Positions 1-10,507 of a DNA stretch of 64,000 nucleotides are shown piece by piece (position 1 is the stretch's first letter; every line of letters starts with the position of its first letter). The DNA is from an uncultured Lentisphaerales bacterium. GTDB lineage: Bacteria > Verrucomicrobiota > Kiritimatiellia > RFP12 > UBA3636. The stretch lies in contig CAYOPG010000001.1 in NCBI GenBank assembly GCA_964405775.1, positions 4,276 to 68,275 on the forward strand. Reading direction: 5' to 3'. Made by a program: the position numbers and the translations under genes. The notes under the pieces were generated by a model. The model was not told where the DNA came from, did not search any database, and was given only the letters and a program-made list of their open reading frames with translations.

Positions 1-662
1 CGGCATTTGTGTATCCCACCAGCGATACGATCGGCCATTTGCGTTTTGCTATGTCGCGTGATGTCTGGCGTGACTGCACGATCTCAAGTTTTTTCTTCAG
101 TTCGTTAATGCGGCGGCGTAGGGGTTCGTTTCTGAGTTGCAGGTGGCTTTCGCCCGGACCGCGGACGTTTGCCCTGCCTTTAAACCGCTGTTGCGATTCT
201 GTGACGGGTATTCGCTTGAGCTGAAACTGCAGCTGTGCCAGTTCAACTTGCAGCTTGGCCTCAGACGATCTGGCACGACGCGCGAAAATTTCTAGTATGA
301 TCTCCGTCCGGTCTAGGATGCGCACGCCAAGAGCCTTCCACAGATTGTGGGCTTGGATGGCGCTCAGCTCGTTGTCGAAAACCACCGTGTTGGCTCCGGA
401 GTGGGCAATGATAGCTTCAAGCTCCCGAAGCTTTCCGGCGCCAACCATCGTTCCCCCATCGGGCTTGTCGCGACGCTGTTCCACATGGCAGACTACCTCA
501 AAACCCGCCGTTTCCGCCAGCCTGCCCAATTCAAGTAAAGAATCAGCCGCCTCGTCCCGTTCCATTCGTGAATGGATGACCTGCACCAGTATAGAGCGTT
601 CGACTTCTTTTGTATCGTGTAGAATTGTCAACTTGATCCTGCTTTGCCTCATGGTGGCAATT
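1..662 (-). CDS. hflX: GTPase HflX, N-terminal portion (gene runs off the 5' end of the window)
   Basis: Minus-strand translation from ATG at 662: MRQSRIKLTILHDTKEVERSILVQV...DKPDGGTMVGAGKLRELEAIIAHSGANTVVFDNELSAIQAHNLWKALGVRILDRTEIILEIFARRARSSEAKLQVELAQLQFQLKRIP...RGPGESHLQLRNEPLRRRINELKKKLEIVQSRQ...PIVSLVGYTNA. This matches the HflX N-domain and the start of its G-domain. The listed plus-strand ORFs 255..671 and 347..538 lie antisense to it. Confidence 0.8.
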
Positions 663-798
663 AGGGTTTAAACTGCCGCTGATTGTAAGGCATTAAAGCC
701 GCCGAAGTCAAGCCGCAGAACCTTTACATCTTGCTCGCTGAAGGCGTTTTTGTTAGAATTGCCACAACTTTGACTCTTTTAAAATACACGAGGATGAT

Positions 799-3360
799 GT
801 GATGGAGCGTTTTGTAAACTACACTGTTTTACCCAAAGTGCCTGAGAAGCTTTCTTTTCTGCAGGTTCTTGCCAATAATGTCTGGTGGTCTTGGAACATA
901 GGGGCGTCCGCATTGCTGAGGCGTATTGACCCCCAGCTTTTCCGCAGTTCTGGGTTTAATCCGGTAGTATTGCTTTCGTCAGTAAGTCAGGAGAGGCTCG
1001 AAGAGCTCGCAGGCGACTCGTCTTTCCTTTCTCACATGAAATCTGTGGAGGAGCAGTTTAAGAATGAAGTGCTAAAATCACGCCATTGGAAGAATATATA
1101 CGACCCGCACCGTTGCGTCGCGTATTTCTCCATGGAGTTCGGCCTTCAGGAAAGTATTCACATCTATTCCGGCGGTCTTGGCCTTTTGGCGGGAGACCAT
1201 CTCAAATCCGCGTCGGACCTTGACGTTCCTATTTGTGCTATAGGAATCTTCTACCGCGAGGGATATTTTGAGCAGGATTTGGATCGCAATGGACATCAGA
1301 TCGAATTCTATCCTGAGAACGATGTTCACAAGTTGCCGGTAAACCCGGCATACGATGCCTCAGGTAACCATGTGAAAATATCTGTGCCGCTGGCAGAGGG
1401 TCCCCTAGTCGCCGCAGTATGGCGTCTGGATGTTGGCCGCATACCTCTGTTTTTGCTGGACACGAACCTGAACGAGAACAGGCCCGAATTCCGAGAGATA
1501 TCGGGCCGCCTTTATGGTGGAGACAAACTAAACCGCCTGCGTCAGGAGATATTGCTTGGCATCGGCGGTATGCGCGCCCTCGCGGCAATGGGATACGAAG
1601 TCGCTCTTAGTCACATGAACGAAGGCCATGCCGCATTCCTCGGACTTGAGCGCATTGCAACGTCCATGCGAGGCGGACTTTCTTTTGAAGAGGCGCATGA
1701 GTTCGTGAGGCGTACGAGCGTGTTCACGACTCACACCCCAGTGCCCGCCGGCAACGAGACGTTTGATCTGGGCTTGTTGTATCCGCACCTCAAGGCGATA
1801 GAGGCAGAAGGCGGAGTTGCTGCAAATGTGGCGGTTGCCATGGGTAAGCCGACCGGCGACACAAAGACCAACGAGTTTTCCATGACAATTCTCGGACTGA
1901 ACTGCTCCGAGTATTGCAACGGCGTCTCTCGCCTGCACGGAATAGTCGAGCGCGACATGTGGAAGCACCTCTGGCCAAGCTTCCCAGTGTCTGAAGTTCC
2001 CATCGGGCACATCACCAACGGCGTTCATGTACCGACATGGATTTCATCCGACAATTATAATATTTATGAGAGTGTGTTAGGTCCAGATTGGGACAAGCGT
2101 CTGTTGACTGAAAGTCAGATCAACAAGATCGACCATATTCGAGACGAGGATCTCTGGCGGGTGCACGAGGCGTCGCGGGCTCACTTGATTCGTTCTGCAC
2201 GCGAACACTTGGTGCGCTGCTGCATGAAGCGTAACGAGCCGTTCGAAGTCCTCGCGTCTGTTAGAAACGTCCTCGACAAAGACGCTCTTACAATCGGGTT
2301 CGCGCGTCGTTTTGCGACGTATAAACGCGCTACATTGCTGCTCTCCGATCCCGCCCGCCTAAAGCGCATATTGCTCGACCCCGCACGCCCTGTACAGATA
2401 CTGTTTGCCGGCAAGGCGCACCCGGCGGACTTCGAAGGCAAGCGCTTTATACAGGAGGTAGTGGCTTTTGCCAAAGACCCAGAGGTTAAGGGGAAGATTG
2501 TTTTCCTTGAGAACTACAATATACACATAGCGCGGCGTCTGGTGCGAGGCGTTGACGTCTGGTTGAACACTCCCAGACGCCCGAATGAAGCTTCCGGGAC
2601 TTCCGGGATGAAAGCATGTATAAACGGAGCCCTGCACGTCTCCACGCTTGACGGCTGGTGGCCAGAAGGCTACAGCAAAGACTGCGGCTGGGCTATAGGT
2701 GACATCGAAGAAAAGCAAGACATCGATGCGCAGGATCAATCAGACGCTCAGGCTCTGTACAACTTGCTAGAGTCCGAAATCGTGCCCACTTTCTACGATC
2801 GGCCGTTTGGCGAGATTCCGGTTCGCTGGATCAGCATGATGAAGAATTCAATCAAAATGAGCTTGAACAAGTTCACTAGCAGTAGAATGGTGTCTGAGTA
2901 CAGTGGTCAGGCATACGAGCCTGCGTTCTATGACTTTGATTCCCTTGTTGCCGACGACTTCGCGGTGATCCGGCGCGATGTGGCTAATCAGAAGGACATA
3001 CTGTATAAATGGTCGTCGGTCCGGATTTCGTTCCCGGAAACCAACCGTGACCTTGCAAAGAGCTTCGTTGGAGACGAGTTCGAAGCTACGGTACGAGTCA
3101 AACTCGGGGGAATATCTCCGAAAGACGTCAATGTCGAATTCTTTTCAGGTGTTTTTGATTCGGACTCAAGAGTTCTTTCAGGCACTGGAAACGAGATGGT
3201 ACTGTCTGAAAGTCTTCCAGACGGAGTGTACATTTACAAGCAAAAGGTCAAATGCTCCAAGGTCGGGACATTCGGATATTCAGCTAGAGTTTATCCCAAA
3301 GACAAAACTCTGCGAGATGAAATGCCCGGTTATATAGTATGGAGCTCCAGAAGTATGTGA
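799..3360 (+). CDS. glgP: alpha-glucan (glycogen/maltodextrin) phosphorylase, GT35 family
   Basis: 853 aa. N-terminal WWSWN motif typical of the alpha-glucan phosphorylase subfamily. PLP/phosphorylase core motifs present (EASGTSGMK, GFARRFATYKR). Immediately followed by glgA. Confidence 0.9.
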   Translation: MMERFVNYTVLPKVPEKLSFLQVLANNVWWSWNIGASALLRRIDPQLFRSSGFNPVVLLSSVSQERLEELAGDSSFLSHMKSVEEQFKNEVLKSRHWKNIYDPHRCVAYFSMEFGLQESIHIYSGGLGLLAGDHLKSASDLDVPICAIGIFYREGYFEQDLDRNGHQIEFYPENDVHKLPVNPAYDASGNHVKISVPLAEGPLVAAVWRLDVGRIPLFLLDTNLNENRPEFREISGRLYGGDKLNRLRQEILLGIGGMRALAAMGYEVALSHMNEGHAAFLGLERIATSMRGGLSFEEAHEFVRRTSVFTTHTPVPAGNETFDLGLLYPHLKAIEAEGGVAANVAVAMGKPTGDTKTNEFSMTILGLNCSEYCNGVSRLHGIVERDMWKHLWPSFPVSEVPIGHITNGVHVPTWISSDNYNIYESVLGPDWDKRLLTESQINKIDHIRDEDLWRVHEASRAHLIRSAREHLVRCCMKRNEPFEVLASVRNVLDKDALTIGFARRFATYKRATLLLSDPARLKRILLDPARPVQILFAGKAHPADFEGKRFIQEVVAFAKDPEVKGKIVFLENYNIHIARRLVRGVDVWLNTPRRPNEASGTSGMKACINGALHVSTLDGWWPEGYSKDCGWAIGDIEEKQDIDAQDQSDAQALYNLLESEIVPTFYDRPFGEIPVRWISMMKNSIKMSLNKFTSSRMVSEYSGQAYEPAFYDFDSLVADDFAVIRRDVANQKDILYKWSSVRISFPETNRDLAKSFVGDEFEATVRVKLGGISPKDVNVEFFSGVFDSDSRVLSGTGNEMVLSESLPDGVYIYKQKVKCSKVGTFGYSARVYPKDKTLRDEMPGYIVWSSRSM

Positions 3361-3436
3361 CGGGAGAAGGGCGACGTCTAGAAAAAGAACGCGGAATTAC
3401 GCCGTAGCAACGAAGTTGTTCCGCATTAAGGAATAG

Positions 3437-4993
3437 GTGGTGAATATGCAGTCGAACATGCAGGCGAAGGGAAAACACTTGAAATCAAAATCGGGCGCGA
3501 ACCCGCGTATTCTGATAGTGACGCCTGAAATCACATATCTGCCTCCTGGTATGGGCAACATGGCAAACAAGATGTCGGCCAAGGCCGGAGGAATGGCCGA
3601 TGTATCAGCCTCGCTTGTAAGCGCCCTTTTTGCGCAGGGAGCCGATGTGCACGTCGCGCTCCCGCACTATCGCAAAATGTTCCACGTAGATGTCGGGAAC
3701 CTGATTGACCACGAGTTGAAGGTTTATAAATCTGTTCTTCCAGATTCGCGAATACATTTGGCTCAGGATCGCATGTTCTATTACCGCGACAAGGTGTATA
3801 GCTCATACAGCGAAGACAACCCCAGACTTGCGCTTGCGTTCCAACGCGAGATAATAAACAATATAATCTCTACAGTCCGTCCAGATCTAATCCACTGTAA
3901 CGATTGGATGACTGGGCTCGTTCCGGCCGCCGCGCGTCGTCTAAGCATTCCCTGCCTCTTCACACTCCACAACATCCACACGCACGAAGTCACACTGGAA
4001 CAGGTAGAAAACATTGGCATCGACGCCGCGGAATTCTGGGAATACCTTTACTACATGCGGCCGCCATACAACTACGAAGAAACCCGCTCGAACAACCCTG
4101 TCGATATGCTCGCCAGCGGTATTTTCGCTTCGCATTACATAAATACGGTAAGCCCTGAGTTTCTTAAGGAAATCGTGAATGGAATGCATAACTTCGTACC
4201 CCCGCAGATCCGAAACGAGATAAGGGCTAAATACGGCGCAGGTTGCGCAAAGGGCATCCTCAACGCACCGGACGACAGCTACAGGCCATCCACTGACGAC
4301 GCGTTGCCTGTGAAATACGACGCTGACTCACACGCAGAAGGCAAGCGCGCCGCAAAAGATCAGCTGCAAGAGAGCCTTTCGCTGATAAAAAATCCAAATG
4401 CGCCTGTTTTCTTCTGGCCTTCGCGCCTCGATCCGGTGCAAAAGGGCTGTTCACTATTGTCGGACATACTCTATCACATGGTTTCGAAGTATTGGGAACA
4501 GGGCCTTCAGATTGTTTTTGTCGCCAACGGCTCATATCAAAAGGTGTTTCACGACATAGTGGTCTTTCACGGTTTTGAAGATCGTGTGGCAGTCTTCGAT
4601 TTCAACGAAGATCTTTCCCGCCTCGCATACGCCGCGTCAGACTTCGTTCTGGTTCCGTCGCTTTTTGAGCCATGCGGACTGACCCAGATGGTCGGGCAAA
4701 TATACGGCACGCTGCCAATAGTGCACGACACGGGCGGGTTGCACGATACCGTAGAGCATCTGGATATTGTTAATTCCAAAGGCAACGGATTCGTCTTCAA
4801 AGACTACGACGCCAACGCACTTTCATGGGGCGTTGACGAGGCTATGCGTTTCTATCTTTCTCCGGTAGAAGTCCGGACGGCTCTGGTCGGCAGAGTAATG
4901 CGGGAAAGCTCAAAACGCTTCACCCACGAAGAATGCGCAAAGGCGTACATAGACATGTACGAACACATGCTCAAGCGGCCGCTTGTCGTTTGA
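3437..4993 (+). CDS. glgA: glycogen synthase (ADP-glucose type, GT5)
   Basis: 518 aa with RILIVTPEITYLPPGMGNMANKMSAKAGGMADVSASL and the KTGGL-equivalent HDTGGLHDTV motif. GTG at 3437 or ATG at 3446 are possible starts. Confidence 0.9.
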   Translation: MVNMQSNMQAKGKHLKSKSGANPRILIVTPEITYLPPGMGNMANKMSAKAGGMADVSASLVSALFAQGADVHVALPHYRKMFHVDVGNLIDHELKVYKSVLPDSRIHLAQDRMFYYRDKVYSSYSEDNPRLALAFQREIINNIISTVRPDLIHCNDWMTGLVPAAARRLSIPCLFTLHNIHTHEVTLEQVENIGIDAAEFWEYLYYMRPPYNYEETRSNNPVDMLASGIFASHYINTVSPEFLKEIVNGMHNFVPPQIRNEIRAKYGAGCAKGILNAPDDSYRPSTDDALPVKYDADSHAEGKRAAKDQLQESLSLIKNPNAPVFFWPSRLDPVQKGCSLLSDILYHMVSKYWEQGLQIVFVANGSYQKVFHDIVVFHGFEDRVAVFDFNEDLSRLAYAASDFVLVPSLFEPCGLTQMVGQIYGTLPIVHDTGGLHDTVEHLDIVNSKGNGFVFKDYDANALSWGVDEAMRFYLSPVEVRTALVGRVMRESSKRFTHEECAKAYIDMYEHMLKRPLVV

Positions 4994-5170
4994 GGTGAAG
5001 CCAGATAGAGCCTAGCGCAGGGAGAACAAATTCCATTTTTGAGCACTCCCCTACTTTTTTCGCCACTTTTAAAATTTATTGCTCTTGACGCGTATCCTAA
5101 TTTTATAGTACCCTTCGCCCCTGTTGAAAAGTTAGGCTACTATAACAAAAACAAGGCCGAGGAGTGGGGA

Positions 5171-5404
5171 ATGAATCTTAAGAATATGTCAAGAGGTATG
5201 GAGGCCATAGTCACCGGATATGCCGAGGGTGATGCGTCTTATCGCGCAAAGCTGCTCGCTCTGGGGCTGACTCGTGGCGTGAGAATTCGTCTTGTGAACC
5301 GTGCCCCGCTAGGAGACCCTGTCGAGATAGAGCTACGTGGCTTTAACCTTTCGCTTCGCGGCAGTGAGGCTGAAGTCGTTAACGTTCGCGAAATCGCAGG
5401 ATAA
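5171..5404 (+). CDS. feoA: ferrous iron transport protein A
   Basis: 77 aa from the internal ATG at 5171 with GGAG RBS. FeoA-like SH3 domain (LLALGLTRGVRIRLVNRAPLGDPVEIELRGFNLSLRGSEAEVV). The listed ORF start at 5039 has no RBS and adds a non-conserved leader. Confidence 0.85.
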   Translation: MNLKNMSRGMEAIVTGYAEGDASYRAKLLALGLTRGVRIRLVNRAPLGDPVEIELRGFNLSLRGSEAEVVNVREIAG

Positions 5405-5441
5405 GTGCGCCCCAAAAATTAAAAGTTGTAGGAGGTGCGCT

Positions 5442-7700
5442 ATGCTCGGAAAACCACTCACGGTTGCCCTTGTGGGCAATCCAAATTCAGGTAAAACGAC
5501 TGTTTTCAACGCACTCACCGGCTCCCGCCAACACATAGGAAACTGGCCAGGAGTCACAGTCGAACGAAAAGAGGGCTTTTTCACAGTCGATGGACAGGAG
5601 GTGCGCGTTGTTGACTTGCCTGGAATTTATTCCCTGACAGCAGTGAGCGAGGACGAGCGCGTATCGGTTGAATACGTGCTGGGAGGCGAGGCGGATCTGT
5701 TCATCAACGTTATTGATGGCACGAATATAGAACGCAACCTGTACCTGACGCTTCTGCTTTCCGAGTTGCGCGTGCCGATGGTGCATGTGGTTACGATGAT
5801 GGATATCGTGAGGGATCGCGGTACTGTAATCGACTTCGATCATCTGGCGGAACATCTGGGGTGTCCTATTATAGGAATAAATGCGTCGGATAAAAGAGAC
5901 GTCAAGAAACTCTTGTCCATCATAGTCGATGCTGCTGAGCATTCGCATCTGCCAGTGGTCAATATCGAGTACCAGAACGAGGTCGAGGACGAGATAACGG
6001 CACTGCTTCCGCATTGCGAACCTGTTTGCGCAGTCTTCGGTGTGAATGCGCGCTGGGTTGCCCTCAAACTGCTGGAAGGTGATCCGAAAATATGCGACGA
6101 GGCGGAGAAAATTGGCGCAGTGAGTCGCACTACGCTTGATGCAGCGCGCGAGCGAATACGCAAAGTTCTTAATGAATTCAGCGATGAGGCTCTGGCAGAC
6201 GCCCGCTACGGTGTCATTCAGGGACTCTGCCACGACGTGGTTAAAAAAGGGGCTAAAAAGGAGAATTTCACTCAGCGTTTTGACAGGCTGGTTCTAAACC
6301 GCTGGCTTGGAATCCCCTTTTTCTTCTTGGTGATGCTGTGTGTCTTCTGGGTGACTCAGGTGGTAGGAGGCTCGTTCATAGATTTTTTCGGTCTCTTAGG
6401 CAAGACTCTGTTTGTCGATGGTCCTGCGCACCTGATGGCAAAGGTCGGCGTTCCCGAGTTCGTTATTGCGATTTTGGCTGGAGGTCTTGGAGCAGGATTG
6501 CAGACGATGGCGACATTCATCCCGCCGATTTTACTAATGTTCTTCTGCCTTTCGCTACTTGAGGATTCCGGTTACATGGCGCGGGCTGCATTTGTCATGG
6601 ATCGCTTTATGCGCTGGCTGGGGCTGCCAGGCAAATCTTTCGTGCCTCTTCTCGTTGGCTTTGGGTGCTCCGTCCCTGCGATTCTGGCGACGCGCGCGCT
6701 GGAGAGCAAACGCGATAGATTCCTGACGATATTTATGACGCCATTCATGTCGTGTGGCGCCAAGTTGCCTGTATACGTTGTTTTCGGAGCTGCGTTTTTC
6801 GCTGACAGTCCGGGGTTCCTCGTCTTTGCTCTCTATGCATCAGGCATAGTACTCGCCGTTTTAACCGGTCTCCTGCTGAAACACACAATTTTCGAGGGCA
6901 AACCGTCTCATTTTATAATGGAACTGCCTCCATACCATGTCCCGCGTATCAAGCATATCGCTTTGCACTCAATGGACCGAATGAAAGGATTTGTTGTCCG
7001 GGCAGGCAAGGTTATCGTGCCGATGGTACTGCTGCTTGGAGTCTTAAACACGGTCGGCAAAGACGGTTCAATCGGCAACGAAAACTCGGAGAATTCAGTT
7101 CTGACGTCAGTCGGAAAGGCGGTCACGCCCGTGTTCGGGCCCATGGGTGTCGAACCTGACAACTGGCCTGCATCCGTGGCCATATTTACTGGCCTTTTCG
7201 CCAAAGAAGCGGTAATTGGCACTCTTACGAGCATTTACGGGCAAAACAAAGGTGTCGACAACAATGATGTTGACGTTGACAAAACCTCTTACAGCCTTTG
7301 GGGTGGCGTCCGTGAAGCCTTCGCTTCGCTTCCGCTAATCGGTCACTTATTTGAAAGGGCTGAGACCGGACCGGCTGATGAAGTCGATGACACACTCTTC
7401 CAAGAAATGCGCAGACATTTTCCGAAAGGCCGCCATCAGGTCTTCTCCTATCTGCTCTTTATTTTGCTTTACATCCCTTGCCTTGCTGCCATGGGGTCTG
7501 CTTTGCAGGCTCTTGGCGGTCTGTATGGAACCGTGTTCGCGATTTATCTGACCGTGCTGGGCTGGTCCGTCTCAACGCTCTACTTCCAAATTTCTATTGG
7601 AGGCAGTTCGTTATGGATAGGCGTCGCCAGCGGACTGCTTGTCGCAATGGCCGCTGGCTTTGCCGTTATGGGGCGCTACAGGAAAATCCCGCTGGTTTAG
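5442..7700 (+). CDS. feoB: ferrous iron transporter B
   Basis: N-terminal G-domain (VALVGNPNSGKTTVFNALTG; DLPGIYSL) followed by a polytopic gate domain. Start at ATG 5442 with GGAGG RBS; the ORF-track start at 5337 is upstream. Confidence 0.92.
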   Translation: MLGKPLTVALVGNPNSGKTTVFNALTGSRQHIGNWPGVTVERKEGFFTVDGQEVRVVDLPGIYSLTAVSEDERVSVEYVLGGEADLFINVIDGTNIERNLYLTLLLSELRVPMVHVVTMMDIVRDRGTVIDFDHLAEHLGCPIIGINASDKRDVKKLLSIIVDAAEHSHLPVVNIEYQNEVEDEITALLPHCEPVCAVFGVNARWVALKLLEGDPKICDEAEKIGAVSRTTLDAARERIRKVLNEFSDEALADARYGVIQGLCHDVVKKGAKKENFTQRFDRLVLNRWLGIPFFFLVMLCVFWVTQVVGGSFIDFFGLLGKTLFVDGPAHLMAKVGVPEFVIAILAGGLGAGLQTMATFIPPILLMFFCLSLLEDSGYMARAAFVMDRFMRWLGLPGKSFVPLLVGFGCSVPAILATRALESKRDRFLTIFMTPFMSCGAKLPVYVVFGAAFFADSPGFLVFALYASGIVLAVLTGLLLKHTIFEGKPSHFIMELPPYHVPRIKHIALHSMDRMKGFVVRAGKVIVPMVLLLGVLNTVGKDGSIGNENSENSVLTSVGKAVTPVFGPMGVEPDNWPASVAIFTGLFAKEAVIGTLTSIYGQNKGVDNNDVDVDKTSYSLWGGVREAFASLPLIGHLFERAETGPADEVDDTLFQEMRRHFPKGRHQVFSYLLFILLYIPCLAAMGSALQALGGLYGTVFAIYLTVLGWSVSTLYFQISIGGSSLWIGVASGLLVAMAAGFAVMGRYRKIPLV

Positions 7701-8686
7701 CAGGCTACCCAGGTGCCGGATTTAGCCGACTTATATGCCGCTTCCATTATCTTGACGGCGTCGCGGGAGGCTTCGAGATCGGCTTTCCAATCCTCTTTGG
7801 AAATATTGCCTTTAACCACTTCGATCAGGCGTTCAATTTGTCTCGGCTTTTCTTCGATAGGCGCAACTGGTTCCGCAGGGAAACCTGGCCCGCCGATCTT
7901 AAGGCCATCGCTGTTCCAAACGCTTTTCTTTGAACCGATGATCTCCAGCCCGGCGTGTCCGCCAGTGAAAATCCAGCCTGCCTCGACCCTGCCGATTACT
8001 CCTGATTTGAACTGCAAAACAATCAGACCGTAGTCATCCACATCCGAGTAGATCCCCGACAAGTTGCGAATGTCTGCCCAGACTTTCTCAACCGCCCCGC
8101 CGAGGTGACGCAGGAACTGAACTGCATGTGTTCCCATGTCTAGCAATGCTCCGCCTCCGGAAAGTTCGGGGTTTGTGAACCATGCGAGTTCTGGGTTGTC
8201 GAACCATCTGCCATATGCAGCATGGTGAGCGTTCCGGAAATTGATATGCGTCACCTTGCCCAGCGCCTCGTCCGCAAGAAGCTTGCGAGCCGATCCTCCC
8301 ATGCCGGAAAAAGGCAAATGGTATCCGCATATGATGGGTGTGTTGTGCTTTTGCGCAAGGTTGAAGATCTCGTCTGCCTCTTCCGACTTGGTGGCAAGTG
8401 GCTTCTCGCACATAATCGGTTTGCCGGTGGGTATAAGTTTTTTTAGAAGAGGTAGATGACGAGTGTTCTCAGCGCAAACGACGAACGCATCAACTTCGGG
8501 GGCAGCCGCGGCCTTGTCTAGGTCTGGCTCGAACCTGCATTTGAAGTCTGCGGCATACTTGGCGCCACGATCGGCGTTATCGTCCCAAATGAAAACAGGT
8601 GCGCCGCCAGAAGTTGTTTTCGATATTATTTCGCAAAAATGGCGGCTGTGGATATGTGCTACTGATATAACGGCGATTTTTGGCAT
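7697..8686 (-). CDS. Gfo/Idh/MocA family NAD(P)-dependent oxidoreductase
   Basis: MPKIAVISVAHIHSRH... Rossmann N-terminus and the EKPLA motif (CEKPLATKSEEADEI) characteristic of Gfo/Idh/MocA. Start placed at the M after the non-conserved 15-aa leader. Its stop overlaps the feoB stop (convergent, 4 nt). Confidence 0.85.
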   Translation of the reverse strand: MPKIAVISVAHIHSRHFCEIISKTTSGGAPVFIWDDNADRGAKYAADFKCRFEPDLDKAAAAPEVDAFVVCAENTRHLPLLKKLIPTGKPIMCEKPLATKSEEADEIFNLAQKHNTPIICGYHLPFSGMGGSARKLLADEALGKVTHINFRNAHHAAYGRWFDNPELAWFTNPELSGGGALLDMGTHAVQFLRHLGGAVEKVWADIRNLSGIYSDVDDYGLIVLQFKSGVIGRVEAGWIFTGGHAGLEIIGSKKSVWNSDGLKIGGPGFPAEPVAPIEEKPRQIERLIEVVKGNISKEDWKADLEASRDAVKIMEAAYKSAKSGTWVAC

Positions 8687-8810
8687 TTCTGTTACCCCAG
8701 TGTTCGTATGTGAAGTTGCTAAACCGTCCACTGTTGACGCGCCCTGCGTAATCGTGAACTGTTCTTGCCCTCCATTCTAGTGCCGCTGCCTTGAATAAGT
8801 CAAGCTCTGG

Positions 8811-8875
8811 AATTAACAGGCGAATTAGCAGGTGAATTAACGGTGAATTAACACGAAAAAATCATTGATTTTTTG
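8811..8875. promoter_or_regulatory. phased direct-repeat array (GAATTAAC x4 at 11-12 bp spacing) plus perfect 19-bp palindrome in the divergent promoter region
   Basis: GAATTAAC at 8811, GAATTAGC at 8823, GAATTAAC at 8835 and 8846. AAAAAATCAtTGATTTTTT at 8857-8875. Lies in the 322-bp intergenic region between the Gfo/Idh/MocA gene (minus) and the polyamine operon (plus). Confidence 0.5.
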
Positions 8876-9008
8876 GCGCGGTAAATGCATCATGTTGCCC
8901 TGTTTTCCCCGCGTTGCCGCCTGACTCCCGAACGGGGGCGGGCAAGTGGCATACCGATCTCCATTCACGATAGCCCATATAAACGGCTGAAACGGCAGGT
9001 GACCCATA

Positions 9009-10463
9009 TTGAATAAGCTCTCGCAGCAGAATACCCCCATCCACAAAGCATTGGAAGAACAGAGAATAAACCGCTTGGCGCACTTTGACGTGCCAGGTCA
9101 CAAAGGCGGCCGAGGGAACAAGGAGCTGACGGAATTTCTGGGTGAGACTGCGATGAGTCTGGACGTGAACTCGATGAAGCCGCTCGACAATCTCGGCCAT
9201 CCTGTTTCCGTCATTAAAAACGCGCAGAAACTGGCGGCGGAGGCTTTCGGAGCCGACGAGTCGTTTTTTATGGTGAACGGCGCCACTGCCGGCGTGCAGG
9301 CTATGATCATGTCAACTTGCAACACTGGTGACAAGGTGATCATGCCACGCAACGTCCACCGCAGCGCCATCAACGCGCTCGTAGTGTGTGGCGCTCTTCC
9401 TGTTTACGTTAATCCCGGAACGAACAAGGAGCTTGGAATCCCGCTTGGTATGCCGACGGCGGCCGTAAAAAAAGCGATCGAGGCTAACCCCGACGCAAAA
9501 GCCATTCTGGTTAACAACCCGACTTATTACGGCATCTGCTCGAATATGCGCGAGATCGTGAAGTTGGCTCACGACAACAACATGCTGGTTCTTGCCGACG
9601 AGGCTCACGGCACGCATTTCTATTTCCACGACAAGCTGCCGATCTCAGCGATGGAGGCTGGCGCGGACATGGCCGCTGTGAGCATGCATAAGACGGGCGG
9701 TTCGCTGACTCAAAGCTCAATACTGTTGGCTCGCCACACGGTCAACGCCGACTATGTGCGCCAGATTATAAACCTCACGCAAACAACTTCCGCTTCGTAT
9801 CTGCTGCTTTCGTCGTTAGACATTTCGCGCAAAAACCTCTGTTTGAATGGTTACGCAATGTATTCAAAGACGATTGATTTCGCCGACTACGCCCGCGATG
9901 AGATCAACAGCCTGGGCGGGTACTACGCATTCGGCACAGAATTGGTCGATGGTGACGCGGTGTATGGTTTCGACACCACAAAGCTATCGGTACACACCCG
10001 TAATATCGGCCTCGCAGGTATCGAAGTGTACGACCTTCTGCGCGATGACTACGGAATCCAAATCGAGTTCGGCGACATAGGCAACGTTCTGGCTATCATT
10101 TCGGCTGGCGACCGCACAATGGAGATTGAAAGGCTAATATCTGCGTTTGCAGAAATCAAGCGCCTACACGAAAAGGACAAGGCCGGTCTCTTTGATCACG
10201 AATACATTGACCCGCAGATCGCGATGGCACCTAAGGACGCGTTCTACTCGAAGAAACGCTCAATTCCCATCCGTAAAAGTGTCGGCCAGATAAGCGGTGA
10301 GTTCGTTATGAGCTATCCTCCCGGGATTCCTATTCTTGCGCCAGGTGAGCGTATCACGACGGACATCATGGAGCACATTCTCTATGCAAAAGAGAAAGGA
10401 TGCTTTATGACTGGCACGCAGGACATGAATGTTGAAAACATTAACGTCGTAGTCGGCGCATAG
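9009..10463 (+). CDS. speA: Orn/Lys/Arg decarboxylase family (fold-type I PLP), arginine decarboxylase-like
   Basis: 484 aa. HFDVPGHKGG N-terminal motif, PLP-lysine region SMHKTGGSLTQSS. TTG start with AGGTGA RBS. First gene of the polyamine operon. Confidence 0.8.
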   Translation: MNKLSQQNTPIHKALEEQRINRLAHFDVPGHKGGRGNKELTEFLGETAMSLDVNSMKPLDNLGHPVSVIKNAQKLAAEAFGADESFFMVNGATAGVQAMIMSTCNTGDKVIMPRNVHRSAINALVVCGALPVYVNPGTNKELGIPLGMPTAAVKKAIEANPDAKAILVNNPTYYGICSNMREIVKLAHDNNMLVLADEAHGTHFYFHDKLPISAMEAGADMAAVSMHKTGGSLTQSSILLARHTVNADYVRQIINLTQTTSASYLLLSSLDISRKNLCLNGYAMYSKTIDFADYARDEINSLGGYYAFGTELVDGDAVYGFDTTKLSVHTRNIGLAGIEVYDLLRDDYGIQIEFGDIGNVLAIISAGDRTMEIERLISAFAEIKRLHEKDKAGLFDHEYIDPQIAMAPKDAFYSKKRSIPIRKSVGQISGEFVMSYPPGIPILAPGERITTDIMEHILYAKEKGCFMTGTQDMNVENINVVVGA

Positions 10464-10507
10464 GCTCCTGCGACTTCTGAAACATCTTTTGATTGGAGGC
10501 TGATAAA

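Noticed and set aside
255-671. Plus-strand ORFs 255..671 and 347..538 at the window start
   Set aside because: They lie antisense to a clear minus-strand hflX N-terminal coding region. They have no recognisable domains and atypical composition.
5487-6233. 248-aa minus-strand ORF inside feoB
   Set aside because: Antisense to the strongly supported FeoB G-domain. No homology signal.
8811-8853. Possibility that the GAATTAAC repeat array is a CRISPR or a minisatellite
   Set aside because: Only four 8-bp units with 3-4 bp spacers. Far too short for CRISPR. No cas genes. The position and phasing fit a regulatory site.
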